Shown here: piece by piece, positions 53,406-62,637 of the stretch | Layout: every line of letters begins with the position of its first letter | Numbering within the stretch: position 1 is the stretch's first letter | Source of the DNA: a virus | Taxonomy: Duplodnaviria; Heunggongvirae; Uroviricota; Caudoviricetes | Direction: 5' to 3' (one strand) | Virus record (IMG/VR): IMGVR_UViG_3300033696_000004 | Span: 36,031-100,030 of that record | Length of the DNA stretch: 64,000 nucleotides | Translations under genes and position numbers: made by a program | The notes under the pieces: model-generated | Told to the model about the DNA's origin: nothing | The model's database searches: none | The model's input: the letters and a program-made list of their open reading frames with translations, nothing else

Positions 53406-54763
53406 CGTATCCTCATTTAAAGTCAGAGTATTTTACTACTGGTAATGAGCGTATTACATACGGGATCTTTCAGAAGTTCGTAGACAAATATGATAAGTTA
53501 CCTACGGTCAATGCATTATTGGTTGAACTTGAAACCAAGTCAAACATTAGTCAATCCGACTACGAAGAAACAAAAGAATTGATCGGGTCGTTTGTTAACG
53601 CACCTGAAGATTTTCAATGGTTAGTTGACTCAACTGAAAAGTTCTGTCAAGATAAAGCATTATATATTGCTACGTCTAAAGCCATTGAAATCCAATCAAA
53701 TGCATCATTGCCGAAAGAAGAACAGAATCTTAAACTAGCAGACGTTGGTGCGATTCCTGATATTTTGCGTGATGCGTTGGCGATTTGTTTTGATACTTCG
53801 GTAGGGCATGACTACTTTGAAGACTATGAACAACGTTGGGAAAATTATTCCAAGAAAGTATCAAAACTTCCATTTGGTTGTAACATTTTAGATAAGATAA
53901 CCAAAGGTGGTGTTGAACGCAAAACACTTAACCTAATCATGGCTGGTGTTAACGTTGGTAAATCATTAACACTATGTTCATTGACCGCTGACTACTTATC
54001 ACAAGGTCTGAATGTACTTTACATCTCTATGGAAATGTCAGAAGAGATGGTATCAAAACGTATTGATGCTAACTTAATGAACATCTCTATGGATGATTTC
54101 GAAACTCTCACGGGTGGATCGTACAAAGATAAAATTCTTGCCATTAAGAACCGTAATAAAATTGGAAAACTAATCGTTAAACAGTTCCCAACTGGTGGTG
54201 GTAACGTCAATCACTTTAACGCATTGATGGAAGAACTAAAAACTAAGAAAGGTTGGAAACCCGACGTAGTTATGATCGATTACCTTGGTATCTGTTCCAG
54301 TGCTCGTATTAAGACATTCAGTGAAAACTCTTACGCATTAGTTAAGTCTATTGCAGAAGAATTACGTGGTTTCGCAATCCGTTGGAATGTTGCAGTTTGG
54401 TCTGGTGCTCAAACTAACCGTAATGGTTGGAACTCAACTGACATCGAAATGGGTGACATTGCCGAATCTGCTGGTCTCGCAGCCACAGCCGACTTTATAT
54501 TAGCATTAATGGAAACCGACGAACTTGCAGAAATGGGTCAATATCTAGCCAAACAGATTAAGTCCCGTTATGGCGACAAGTCTAAATGGAATAAGTTTAA
54601 CTTGGGTGTTGATAAAGGTAAACAGCGTATTTACGAATTGGATGATGCTGGAACGACCAATCAGATTACACCTGATACCCCACGCGCAACCCAACTACCA
54701 AACGAACCAGAATCCAAAAAAGAGAAGTTAGATAACTTCGACATGTCTGATTTTACATTCTAA
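53348..54763 (+). CDS. 41: replicative DNA helicase gp41 (DnaB-like)
   Basis: 471 aa. Walker A GVNVGKS, and colinearity with T4 gp41 including SEYF, PDVGAIPDI, VPFK..IL.KITKGG and KQIKSRYGDK.KWNKF. Confidence 0.9.
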   Translation: MLVNSIFSNLIYNEEFFRVAYPHLKSEYFTTGNERITYGIFQKFVDKYDKLPTVNALLVELETKSNISQSDYEETKELIGSFVNAPEDFQWLVDSTEKFCQDKALYIATSKAIEIQSNASLPKEEQNLKLADVGAIPDILRDALAICFDTSVGHDYFEDYEQRWENYSKKVSKLPFGCNILDKITKGGVERKTLNLIMAGVNVGKSLTLCSLTADYLSQGLNVLYISMEMSEEMVSKRIDANLMNISMDDFETLTGGSYKDKILAIKNRNKIGKLIVKQFPTGGGNVNHFNALMEELKTKKGWKPDVVMIDYLGICSSARIKTFSENSYALVKSIAEELRGFAIRWNVAVWSGAQTNRNGWNSTDIEMGDIAESAGLAATADFILALMETDELAEMGQYLAKQIKSRYGDKSKWNKFNLGVDKGKQRIYELDDAGTTNQITPDTPRATQLPNEPESKKEKLDNFDMSDFTF

Positions 54764-54766
54764 TAA

Positions 54767-54789
54767 AGGGGCGAAAGCCCCTTTTTCGT
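54767..54789 (+). terminator. rho-independent terminator
   Basis: aaggggcgaaagcccctt hairpin plus T run. Confidence 0.6.
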
Positions 54790-54824
54790 TTCTATAAATA
54801 CTAATAAATCCACGGAGATCTAAC

Positions 54825-55562
54825 ATGTCAATCAAACGAGCAATGGATGTTGTCTATACGGCTCGGTTTTTGAACTTACTACGCAAACCTTTTGAAGAAT
54901 GGGGAGCCTTTAATAAAGGTATCATTGATAAAACTGGTAAAGTCGTAAAACGCAAAACCGATGACGACTGGACTAAGTTTCATCAAATGGTTGCATCAGT
55001 CAAGAAAATCCTAAATAAAGGCTCTAGTAAAGCTCCACAGCTTGCAGCATTGTATTTGTCATTCAAGACACTCAAGGAAGAATACAACCTTGACGTGAAC
55101 GTTAATGATCTATGCAAAGAGTTCCCTTTATTCGAAGATATGGTTGCTGGTGACGCTGGAGGTGACCCCACTAACATTGCATCTGGAAAAAATTCTGGTG
55201 CAGTTGTAAATAAAAATCCACAAACTTTAGGCAAAAAGAAGAGAAAGAAAATGAACGAAGTTATGACATTCTGTCAGTTCCAAACCGACATTAAAGAAAC
55301 AGTAATTGCTAAAGAAGTTGCAGATAAAGAACAAGCTGAGAAGATGAATGAAGTTCATTCATTCTCATTCAAAGCAATCGGTGCTAACTCTGTAGTAGTT
55401 GAAGCAAGTGAAATTGAAGTTAAGTCGGTATCGATTAACGGACATGCGTCATCTAAATCAATCGTTGAAGCTGAACTAGTAGAAGCATTCAAAGAACATG
55501 GTAAAGATGGTGTTCTGGCTTACATTAAAGAAGTGACTAATCTAGTATGGAAAACAATTTAA
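54825..55562 (+). CDS. hypothetical protein
   Basis: 245 aa ORF between gp41 and gp61. Basic KKKRKK patch in the middle. No motif recognised. Confidence 0.45.
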   Translation: MSIKRAMDVVYTARFLNLLRKPFEEWGAFNKGIIDKTGKVVKRKTDDDWTKFHQMVASVKKILNKGSSKAPQLAALYLSFKTLKEEYNLDVNVNDLCKEFPLFEDMVAGDAGGDPTNIASGKNSGAVVNKNPQTLGKKKRKKMNEVMTFCQFQTDIKETVIAKEVADKEQAEKMNEVHSFSFKAIGANSVVVEASEIEVKSVSINGHASSKSIVEAELVEAFKEHGKDGVLAYIKEVTNLVWKTI

Positions 55563-55624
55563 TTGTTGACAACTAAGATTTTTATGTTATCATACCCTCA
55601 TTAGTTAATAGTGAGGGTATTTTT

Positions 55625-56650
55625 ATGGACATGATAGCACGTCAAATGGCACGTGATCTTGCGTTCACTATGAAGTTGTCCAAAATCGTATCACACAACC
55701 CACTGAAGATTAACTTCAGTTGTCATATTTGTGGTGATGGTAAGGACTCTCATAGTACTCGTGGTTGGTTCTACGAGCATAAAGGGGATGTTCGTTACGG
55801 TTGTTTTAACTGTAACTATAACAATAAGTTCTCTTTTTACTTAAAAGAATTTCATCCAGATAAGTACCGTGAATACTTAATGGAACGTCGTAAAGACGAA
55901 AAGCCGAAAGAACAACCAAAAGAAGATGTATCTAAGTTTACTAAAGTGATACCAGTTATCAAAGAAACTGTTATTCAAAAGTATGCACAACGATTAGACT
56001 TGTTGCCAGATGGACATCCAGCAAAGAGTTATATGGTCAATCGTATGATTCCACTTGACAAACTCTGTCTATTTTGGTTTACTATGAACTGGCGTGGACT
56101 CACTAACGAAGTGGTTCCAGAAACGTATAAGTTTGTAGCAAATGAACCACGCATCGTGATCCCAATCTTTAATAAAGATGGTAGTATCTCAGCAATGCAG
56201 GGTCGTGCTTTACGTAGTACAGAAAAACTACGTTATGTGACAATCAAAGCAGACGAAGAATCGAATAAGGTTTTTGGTCTGGAGCGTATTGATTACGATA
56301 AATTGGGATTCTTCTTAGAAGGTCCGATTGATTCAGTGTTTATTGACAATGCAGTTGCAATTGTTGGTGGACAAATGGGATTAAATGAAGTACCATTAAA
56401 GAAACGCGCATGGGTGTTAGATAATGAACCTAGGTCACGTGATACATGTCGTCGTATTCTGAAACTTATCGAAGCTGGTGAAAACGTTGTACTTTGGGAT
56501 AAATGTCGCTGGACATCTAAGGATGTTAATGATATGATTCAGAAAGAAGGTGCAACAATCAAAGAAGTTAATGCGTACTTCAAAGAAAACGTTGTGAATG
56601 GTCTTGCTGCTAAGATGCGTTTTAATAATTGGATTAAATGTAAACTATAG
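55625..56650 (+). CDS. 61: DNA primase gp61
   Basis: 341 aa. N-terminal zinc ribbon CHICGDG...CFNC, then a Toprim-like core. Size and position as T4 gp61. Confidence 0.8.
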   Translation: MDMIARQMARDLAFTMKLSKIVSHNPLKINFSCHICGDGKDSHSTRGWFYEHKGDVRYGCFNCNYNNKFSFYLKEFHPDKYREYLMERRKDEKPKEQPKEDVSKFTKVIPVIKETVIQKYAQRLDLLPDGHPAKSYMVNRMIPLDKLCLFWFTMNWRGLTNEVVPETYKFVANEPRIVIPIFNKDGSISAMQGRALRSTEKLRYVTIKADEESNKVFGLERIDYDKLGFFLEGPIDSVFIDNAVAIVGGQMGLNEVPLKKRAWVLDNEPRSRDTCRRILKLIEAGENVVLWDKCRWTSKDVNDMIQKEGATIKEVNAYFKENVVNGLAAKMRFNNWIKCKL

Positions 56651-56659
56651 GAATGAAAA

Positions 56660-57091
56660 ATGATTGGTCAATCTATTGATGTTGAAGTGAAAGGTTCTAT
56701 CCCAACTAAAGGTTCTAAAGAAGCAACTGGTTATGACATCCGTCTACTAGGTGCTCATACTATTATGCCTGGTCAAAGTGTATTACTTCCATCCCAAACT
56801 TCGGTATCTGTACCAGAGAATGTAATTTGTTTTGCATTGCCTCGTTCTGGAATCACGAAACTAGGTCTAATTATGACAAACAGCATTGGTTTAATTGACC
56901 CAGACTATCTTGGTATTATTCACTTTGCTTATTTAAACATCAAAGATGAACCTGTTGAATTATTAGATGGTGAACGTCTAGGACAACTTACGTTTATTGC
57001 TAGTCTTGTTCCTAACTTCATTCCAGTTGAAGAGTTCAGCAAACAAACCGAACGTGGTGAAAATGGATTTGGTCATTCTGGTCGTGTATAA
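56660..57091 (+). CDS. dUTPase-fold nucleotidohydrolase (gp56 dCTPase/dUTPase-like)
   Basis: 143 aa. Trimeric-dUTPase motifs AxGxD (ATGYDIRL), RSG (LPRSGITK) and GLIDPDY. Syntenic with T4 gene 56. Confidence 0.65.
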   Translation: MIGQSIDVEVKGSIPTKGSKEATGYDIRLLGAHTIMPGQSVLLPSQTSVSVPENVICFALPRSGITKLGLIMTNSIGLIDPDYLGIIHFAYLNIKDEPVELLDGERLGQLTFIASLVPNFIPVEEFSKQTERGENGFGHSGRV

Positions 57092-57363
57092 TGTACGTAG
57101 TTGGATTTAGCGCAGACCAAGAGAACGTATATGGGCTATCTTGGACGTACAGTACAGACATTCGTATGTCCGAGCAAAACTGGTTGAACCAAGGTAAAGG
57201 TTCATTATGGTCTGATTACCAATGGTATGCAGAATTTGAATCAGAATCTGCATGGAAAGAATGCAAGTCAGAACTATACGATTTGAATTACCCAGATAAT
57301 CTAGATGAAATTTTGAAGGAACATGCAGTTCGTGTTTCTTCTACTTGGAATGATGATGAATAA
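57091..57363 (+). CDS. hypothetical protein
   Basis: 90 aa acidic ORF. Start overlaps the upstream stop. Confidence 0.4.
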   Translation: MYVVGFSADQENVYGLSWTYSTDIRMSEQNWLNQGKGSLWSDYQWYAEFESESAWKECKSELYDLNYPDNLDEILKEHAVRVSSTWNDDE

Positions 57364-57364
57364 A

Positions 57365-57895
57365 ATGAAAAGCTTGACCAAAGCTGAATTTGGTACACGC
57401 TGTGATAAAGATGCTGTATTCGTATGGGTTTACTGTAAGAAAACACGTCCATATAAAGATTACATGGATGGAACATGTGATTTCACTATTCCCACTATAC
57501 TTGCTCAATTCCGTTGGGATGGTAAGTTTGGTGCTATTGGTGGTGGCGTTGACGAAGGTGAATCTTTAGAAGAAGCACTTGAGCGTGAAGTTTGTGAAGA
57601 ATTAGGTTGCGCTATTGCTGGAACTCCTGTAGAATTGGTTTCACACGTTATGGAGTTCGAAGACGGATTTAAGTTTGGTGTCCATTCTTACTGTCAAGAA
57701 GTAAGTGAAATCGATATGTATCACTTGCAACACGTTGCTCCGTTAAACGCAAAAGACTTCAAACCTGAAGTTTCTGGATACTGTGTTCTGCATTGTGCCG
57801 ATAAGCTATTGCCAGAACTGTTTAAAAATAACTTCGCAGCTACTGCGAAAATCGAATTGAAAATGTTATTGGAGAAAATCAATGAGTCGCAATAA
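57365..57895 (+). CDS. Nudix hydrolase
   Basis: ~176 aa from the ATG at 57365 (just after the upstream stop). Canonical Nudix box GGGVDEGESLEEALEREVCEELG. Confidence 0.7.
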   Translation: MKSLTKAEFGTRCDKDAVFVWVYCKKTRPYKDYMDGTCDFTIPTILAQFRWDGKFGAIGGGVDEGESLEEALEREVCEELGCAIAGTPVELVSHVMEFEDGFKFGVHSYCQEVSEIDMYHLQHVAPLNAKDFKPEVSGYCVLHCADKLLPELFKNNFAATAKIELKMLLEKINESQ

Positions 57896-58193
57896 TCTTA
57901 GTATTCAAGTAGTTCCTAGTTTTATCAAACCATTAATGATGGCTGAGAAGAATGAGACAATTAGTCATATGTTTAAGCAAACATGCAGCTACTATAATTC
58001 CGATTACATCGAAACTGTAACTAAACGTATCAAACCAGTGTATGATTTGCATAATGTGGTAACTGATTATGCAAAATCTGAACCGTTTGGTACTACTCCT
58101 ACTTATCCATGGGTTTTCGTATCACCACGTGAAGCCGAAGCATTGACCGAATTCTTTCAATTCATGAAAGAAGCACCTTGGAAGAAACTATAA
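57882..58193 (+). CDS. hypothetical protein
   Basis: 103 aa ORF. Confidence 0.4.
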   Translation: MSRNNLSIQVVPSFIKPLMMAEKNETISHMFKQTCSYYNSDYIETVTKRIKPVYDLHNVVTDYAKSEPFGTTPTYPWVFVSPREAEALTEFFQFMKEAPWKKL

Positions 58194-58876
58194 TGCAAGA
58201 AATCGTAGACTTCTGTATTGACTACGAATCTCTAGGTCACGCCCCAGAGGGGGCGACCATTGACCTAGCAATGATTTGTTTTGTCGATAATCCACACAAT
58301 CCACCTACGTTTAAATCGTTGATTGACAGTGGAATTAAAATCAAGTTTGACTTACATAGTCAGAAAAATGATGGTGAATACCCACGTGTATTCGACCGTG
58401 ATGTATTTGAATGGTGGAAGAACCAGACTCCCAATGCAAAGCAAGAAGTTGTTCCACGTCCAGATGATTTGGACATTCACCAAGGCGTTAAGCTGGTTGA
58501 AGACTTCGCAAAAGAGCAAGGCGTTGACCCGTGGAAATCATTGGGTTGGTGTCGTGGTCAGTCATTCGATTTTGCGTTAATGCTTAGTCAAATCCGTCAG
58601 GTTTATCAGACTCGTGATACATTCAACCTAGAATGGTGTAAGTTCTGGAACCAACGTGACATGCGTACTGCAATCGAACGTACGTTGATGAAGCGTGGTA
58701 TGACTGAGTGTCCTTTACCTAACGGTACATTAGATGGTTTCGTCCACCACAACAGCTTACATGACGTTGCGAAAGACATCTTGATGCTAATCTATGCACA
58801 GCGTTATGCGATGGGTTTAGAAACTTGTCCATCCGAAGAAGATGCAGATCCTAACTCAATTAAAAAGAAACGTTAA
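58193..58876 (+). CDS. dexA: exonuclease A (DexA, DnaQ-like 3'-5' exonuclease)
   Basis: ~227 aa from the ATG at 58193. Extensive similarity to T4 DexA as recalled (IDFET.G, GIKIKFDL.SQK, EWWKNQ.P.A, DPWKS.GWCRG.SFDF, LE.CKFWNQRD.RT.IE, TCPLP.GTLDGF..H.S.HD.AKDI.M..YA.RYAMGLE). Confidence 0.85.
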   Translation: MQEIVDFCIDYESLGHAPEGATIDLAMICFVDNPHNPPTFKSLIDSGIKIKFDLHSQKNDGEYPRVFDRDVFEWWKNQTPNAKQEVVPRPDDLDIHQGVKLVEDFAKEQGVDPWKSLGWCRGQSFDFALMLSQIRQVYQTRDTFNLEWCKFWNQRDMRTAIERTLMKRGMTECPLPNGTLDGFVHHNSLHDVAKDILMLIYAQRYAMGLETCPSEEDADPNSIKKKR

Positions 58877-58879
58877 TAT

Positions 58880-58900
58880 GGGAGCTTCGGCTCCCTTTTG
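58880..58900 (+). terminator. rho-independent terminator
   Basis: gggagcttcggctccc hairpin plus TTTTG. Confidence 0.55.
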
Positions 58901-58913
58901 TTAAGGGAAAATT

Positions 58914-59750
58914 ATGAAATACGAAGGTGTAATTGGTTATACTGGGAACAAATCTAAACTTATCCCAATGCTTAATGACCTGTTTGATAAGTCTGGTTGT
59001 GATCGTCTAGTAGACTGCTGTTCTGGCGGTTTATCGGTGACATTGCATTCAAATTTCAATACAGTATTATCAAATGATGTTAGTAAGCCTATCGTGGACA
59101 TGTATAAGTTCATGGAATCTCGTAGCTATGATTATTGGTCGAAATGGGTCAATAACATGATTTCATCGTGGAAATTGAGCAACACCAATAAAGATGCTTA
59201 CTTACTATTGCGTGACATGCTGAATGACGCAATCAAACGCAACACAATCCGTCGTCACATTTTATTATACACTGCACATTGTTATTCATTTAGTAACATG
59301 ATACGATTCAACAATAGTGGACATTTTGATGTTCCATTTGGTCAACGTCGTTTCAATAAGAACACTGATAAGAAACTTAAACAATTCTTTGACATTATCG
59401 AAACCAAAGACATTACATTCAGCAACGAAAGCTTTACAAATTTAGATATCAAAGATAACGACTTGGTATACATTGACCCACCATATCTGATCACCGAAGC
59501 TGTCTACAATAAAGGTTGGACGGAAGAATGGGATAAAATCATGATGACATGGCTTGACATGTTGAATGTTCGTGGTGTAAAATTCGTGATGTCCAATGTG
59601 ACACACCATCGTGGTAAAATTAATCAGAAATTGATTGACTGGTCTACGAAGTATAATGTACACTCTAAAGACCATAAGTATGTCTCAAATGCTTACCAAG
59701 CTAAAGATATGAATAAAAAGACCATTGAGGTCATGATTTATAATTTTTAA
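58914..59750 (+). CDS. dam: DNA N6-adenine methyltransferase (Dam)
   Basis: 278 aa. Colinear with T4 Dam as recalled (IGYTGNK..L.P.L, VD.C.GGLSV.L, NDVSKPIV.MYK, LLYT.H...FSNMIRFN..G.F..PFG.R..NKN...K, VYIDPPYLIT.A.YNK, GVKF..SNV..H.GK.N..L..WS.KYNV). DPPY catalytic motif. Confidence 0.85.
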   Translation: MKYEGVIGYTGNKSKLIPMLNDLFDKSGCDRLVDCCSGGLSVTLHSNFNTVLSNDVSKPIVDMYKFMESRSYDYWSKWVNNMISSWKLSNTNKDAYLLLRDMLNDAIKRNTIRRHILLYTAHCYSFSNMIRFNNSGHFDVPFGQRRFNKNTDKKLKQFFDIIETKDITFSNESFTNLDIKDNDLVYIDPPYLITEAVYNKGWTEEWDKIMMTWLDMLNVRGVKFVMSNVTHHRGKINQKLIDWSTKYNVHSKDHKYVSNAYQAKDMNKKTIEVMIYNF

Positions 59751-59759
59751 GGAATTATT

Positions 59760-60017
59760 ATGCAATCTAAAATGAATCAACTTGAAAAAGTTCTTAATGT
59801 AATTCTTAAAGATGGTATTACTGTAGTTGAAGTAATCGAGTACGATGCATCAACTCAATCAATAAACACAGAACAAGAAATGATGCGTGTTAAGTTAAGT
59901 AATTACACTTATGACTTCTTCGAGAAGGATGCAGAACTTAATGAAAATACTTTCGTTAATGCTGCGATTATGGGTTGTCCAATCGACCACGATAAGTTGA
60001 AAGTATACTTCGCTTAA
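59760..60017 (+). CDS. hypothetical protein
   Basis: 85 aa ORF. Confidence 0.4.
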   Translation: MQSKMNQLEKVLNVILKDGITVVEVIEYDASTQSINTEQEMMRVKLSNYTYDFFEKDAELNENTFVNAAIMGCPIDHDKLKVYFA

Positions 60018-60060
60018 TAATACAAGAGGGGAAATATATCCCCTCTATTCTGGAGGATTT

Positions 60061-60345
60061 ATGAAAATTATGTTAATCATTGCTACTATTTTCCTGACTG
60101 GGTGTATCGATGATACCAAAACGGAAGAAGACATTCGTCGAATGGCAGTAACACGCACAGTTGGTGATATGGTGTGTGAAACTAAAGGTGGTTACGTGAG
60201 GTCAACGACCTCACGTGGATATGGTGATCGTTGGGAATGTGGTATAGGTTACGTTTCTGTTGGTTCTGTAAAAGAATTGAAACTGGATGAATCCAAGTTA
60301 CAAGAAAATATAAAGTTTTATAAACGAGTTTATCGTGTGAAATAG
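60061..60345 (+). CDS. putative lipoprotein
   Basis: 94 aa. MKIMLIIATIFLTGC is a signal peptide with an LTGC lipobox. Confidence 0.5.
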   Translation: MKIMLIIATIFLTGCIDDTKTEEDIRRMAVTRTVGDMVCETKGGYVRSTTSRGYGDRWECGIGYVSVGSVKELKLDESKLQENIKFYKRVYRVK

Positions 60346-60401
60346 TTTACACTAGCTTGATATCGTGTATAATGTACGTCTATTCTAAAGAAGGAGAATA
60401 T

Positions 60402-62300
60402 ATGAGTTTATCATTTTTATTAGACGAACAGGAAGAAATTGTGGCTAATCCAATTAAAGCTAAAGAAGCTATCGCAAACGACGAGTTTAAAGTATTAAGT
60501 AGTAAAGACCAAATCTTGATGCGTCCTGGTATGTGGATTGGTTCCACATCATTAGAGAACCATGAAATCTGGTTAGACGGTCAATTCCAGACAGTAAATT
60601 ATGTAGCTGGTCTGGTTAAATGTACAAACGAATTGATTGATAACTCAGTTGATGAAGCAATCCGTACAAAGTTCAAGTTTGCAAATAAGATCTCAATTAA
60701 AGTTGAAGGTAATACGTTTGTTATCGAAGATAACGGTCGTGGTATCCCACAAGATAATGTATCGTGTCCAGATGGTCGTGTTGTACTTCGTCCAGAAGCA
60801 GCGTGGACTATGGTTAACTCCAGTTCTAACTACGGCGAAAATCGTGAAACTGGTGGTATGAATGGTGTAGGTTCTGCTCTAGCAAACTACTTCAGTTCTG
60901 TATTCATTGGCGAAACTGGTAATGGCGAAAATACTTATATCATCAACTGTCGTGATAACTGTGATAATGTAGCAGTAGCAAACCGCAAGCACAAATGGCG
61001 TGGTACTAAGGTTACTTTCATTCCTGACTTCAGTCGTTTCGAAATCGACCGTGTTGATGAAAATACTATTCAGGTGTTACGTGAGCGTATTCAAACATTA
61101 TCAGTTGCTTATCCTGAAGTTGAGTTCAAGTTCAACGGTGAAAAGGTTGATAATAAGTTCAAGAAATATGCATCAAATCATTCAGAGAACACGATTTTAG
61201 TAGAACAAGATGGTATGTCATTCATCTTCTTTACTACAGATCAAGGTTTCCGTCAAAATAGTTTTGTTAACGGTATCCACACAAAAGATGGTGGTGTCCA
61301 CGTTAACACTATTTTCGAGAAAATAGCAGATGAATTGATTCCAATGGTTAAGCGTAAGTTTAAAATTGAAATCAACCGTGCTCGTGTTAAAGAATGTGTA
61401 TCGATGATCCTGTTCTTACGTGGGTTTAATAATCCTCAGTTTGCATCTCAGACTAAGGAAAAGCTAACTAACACGGTCAGTGAAGTAACTAAACATATTG
61501 GTGATCTTGACTACAATAAACTTGCACGTAAAGTTCTTAATGACGAAGCAATTATCATGCCAATCATTGAGACCGCACTTGCACGTAAACTTGCAGCAGA
61601 AAAAGCAGCAGAAACGAAAGCTGCGAAGAAAGCTAAGAAAGCACGTGTAGCAAAGCACGTCAAAGCTAACGGTCTAGATGACCCTACAGTTAAGACTATG
61701 CTGTTCTTGACGGAAGGCGACTCTGCTATTGGTTACATGCTGAAAGTCCGTGACAATAAGACACAGGGCGGTTATCCTCTACGTGGTAAGGTTCTTAATA
61801 CGTGGAACTTATCTCCAGCGAAAGTAATGGAAAACAAAGAATTGTTTGAAATTATGAGTATTTTAAACTTGACAATTGGACAACCAGCAACTAAAATGAC
61901 GTATGATTACGTTGTTATCATGACGGATGCTGATGTCGATGGTACAGGTTCGATCTATCCATTGCTTCTAGCTTTCTTCTTTAAGCATTGGCCCGAACTG
62001 ATTGAACAAGGTAAAATCCTGTTCTGTAAGACACCTGTTAAGATTTCATCTAACGCAAAAGGTGATACAGTTTGGTGTTATTCTGAAGAAGAGTGGCATG
62101 GTAAGACATTCACTGGTAAATGGGATCACCGTCACATCAAAGGACTGGGTTCATTAACAGAAGAAGAGTACGAACGTGTTGTACTTGAACCTGTATTTGA
62201 CGTAGTTCAAATTGATGATGATTCTGCCGAACTTCTTGAAATGTTGTTCGGTGATGATTCCGATAAACGTAAGGTATGGATTGATGGTGAAGGGAAATAA
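60402..62300 (+). CDS. 39: DNA topoisomerase II large subunit (gp39, GyrB/ParE-like, fused 39+60 form)
   Basis: 632 aa from the ATG at 60402 (RBS aaggagaatatATG). GHKL ATPase motifs (ELIDNSVDEAI, IEDNGRGIP, GGMNGVGS), a QTK loop and a Toprim region (LTEGDSA, MTDADVDG). Confidence 0.85.
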   Translation: MSLSFLLDEQEEIVANPIKAKEAIANDEFKVLSSKDQILMRPGMWIGSTSLENHEIWLDGQFQTVNYVAGLVKCTNELIDNSVDEAIRTKFKFANKISIKVEGNTFVIEDNGRGIPQDNVSCPDGRVVLRPEAAWTMVNSSSNYGENRETGGMNGVGSALANYFSSVFIGETGNGENTYIINCRDNCDNVAVANRKHKWRGTKVTFIPDFSRFEIDRVDENTIQVLRERIQTLSVAYPEVEFKFNGEKVDNKFKKYASNHSENTILVEQDGMSFIFFTTDQGFRQNSFVNGIHTKDGGVHVNTIFEKIADELIPMVKRKFKIEINRARVKECVSMILFLRGFNNPQFASQTKEKLTNTVSEVTKHIGDLDYNKLARKVLNDEAIIMPIIETALARKLAAEKAAETKAAKKAKKARVAKHVKANGLDDPTVKTMLFLTEGDSAIGYMLKVRDNKTQGGYPLRGKVLNTWNLSPAKVMENKELFEIMSILNLTIGQPATKMTYDYVVIMTDADVDGTGSIYPLLLAFFFKHWPELIEQGKILFCKTPVKISSNAKGDTVWCYSEEEWHGKTFTGKWDHRHIKGLGSLTEEEYERVVLEPVFDVVQIDDDSAELLEMLFGDDSDKRKVWIDGEGK

Positions 62301-62508
62301 GTTCTTTAAGAAGAAACCCGTCGTATTAGATCCACTTAGTATTGAAATGGATGAATACCAATTAGCATTGCTGTTCATCCGTACTTGGGAAAATCCTGAC
62401 TACGACGACATTCGTGATTCAATGGAAGAACACTTCGCAAAAGATGATTTCATTTATCATTGCGAAGATGAAAAAGAAAAAGAAATGATTGAAGAAATTA
62501 TCAATTAG
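62284..62508 (+). CDS. hypothetical small protein
   Basis: ~74 aa from the in-frame ATG at 62284 (listed ORF starts 62212 inside gp39). Acidic C-terminus. Sits in the gene 60 / rIIA.1 region. Confidence 0.35.
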   Translation: MVKGNKFFKKKPVVLDPLSIEMDEYQLALLFIRTWENPDYDDIRDSMEEHFAKDDFIYHCEDEKEKEMIEEIIN

Positions 62509-62637
62509 GTCTTGACTGTGTGGGGTGTTGTGCTATACTTCATCCCACACCACAACGGTGGTTAAATGATTAACTTTGAACTGAGGAATATATTATGAAT
62601 ATTATGATTAAATTTTTTATTAAAATGGTGATTTATT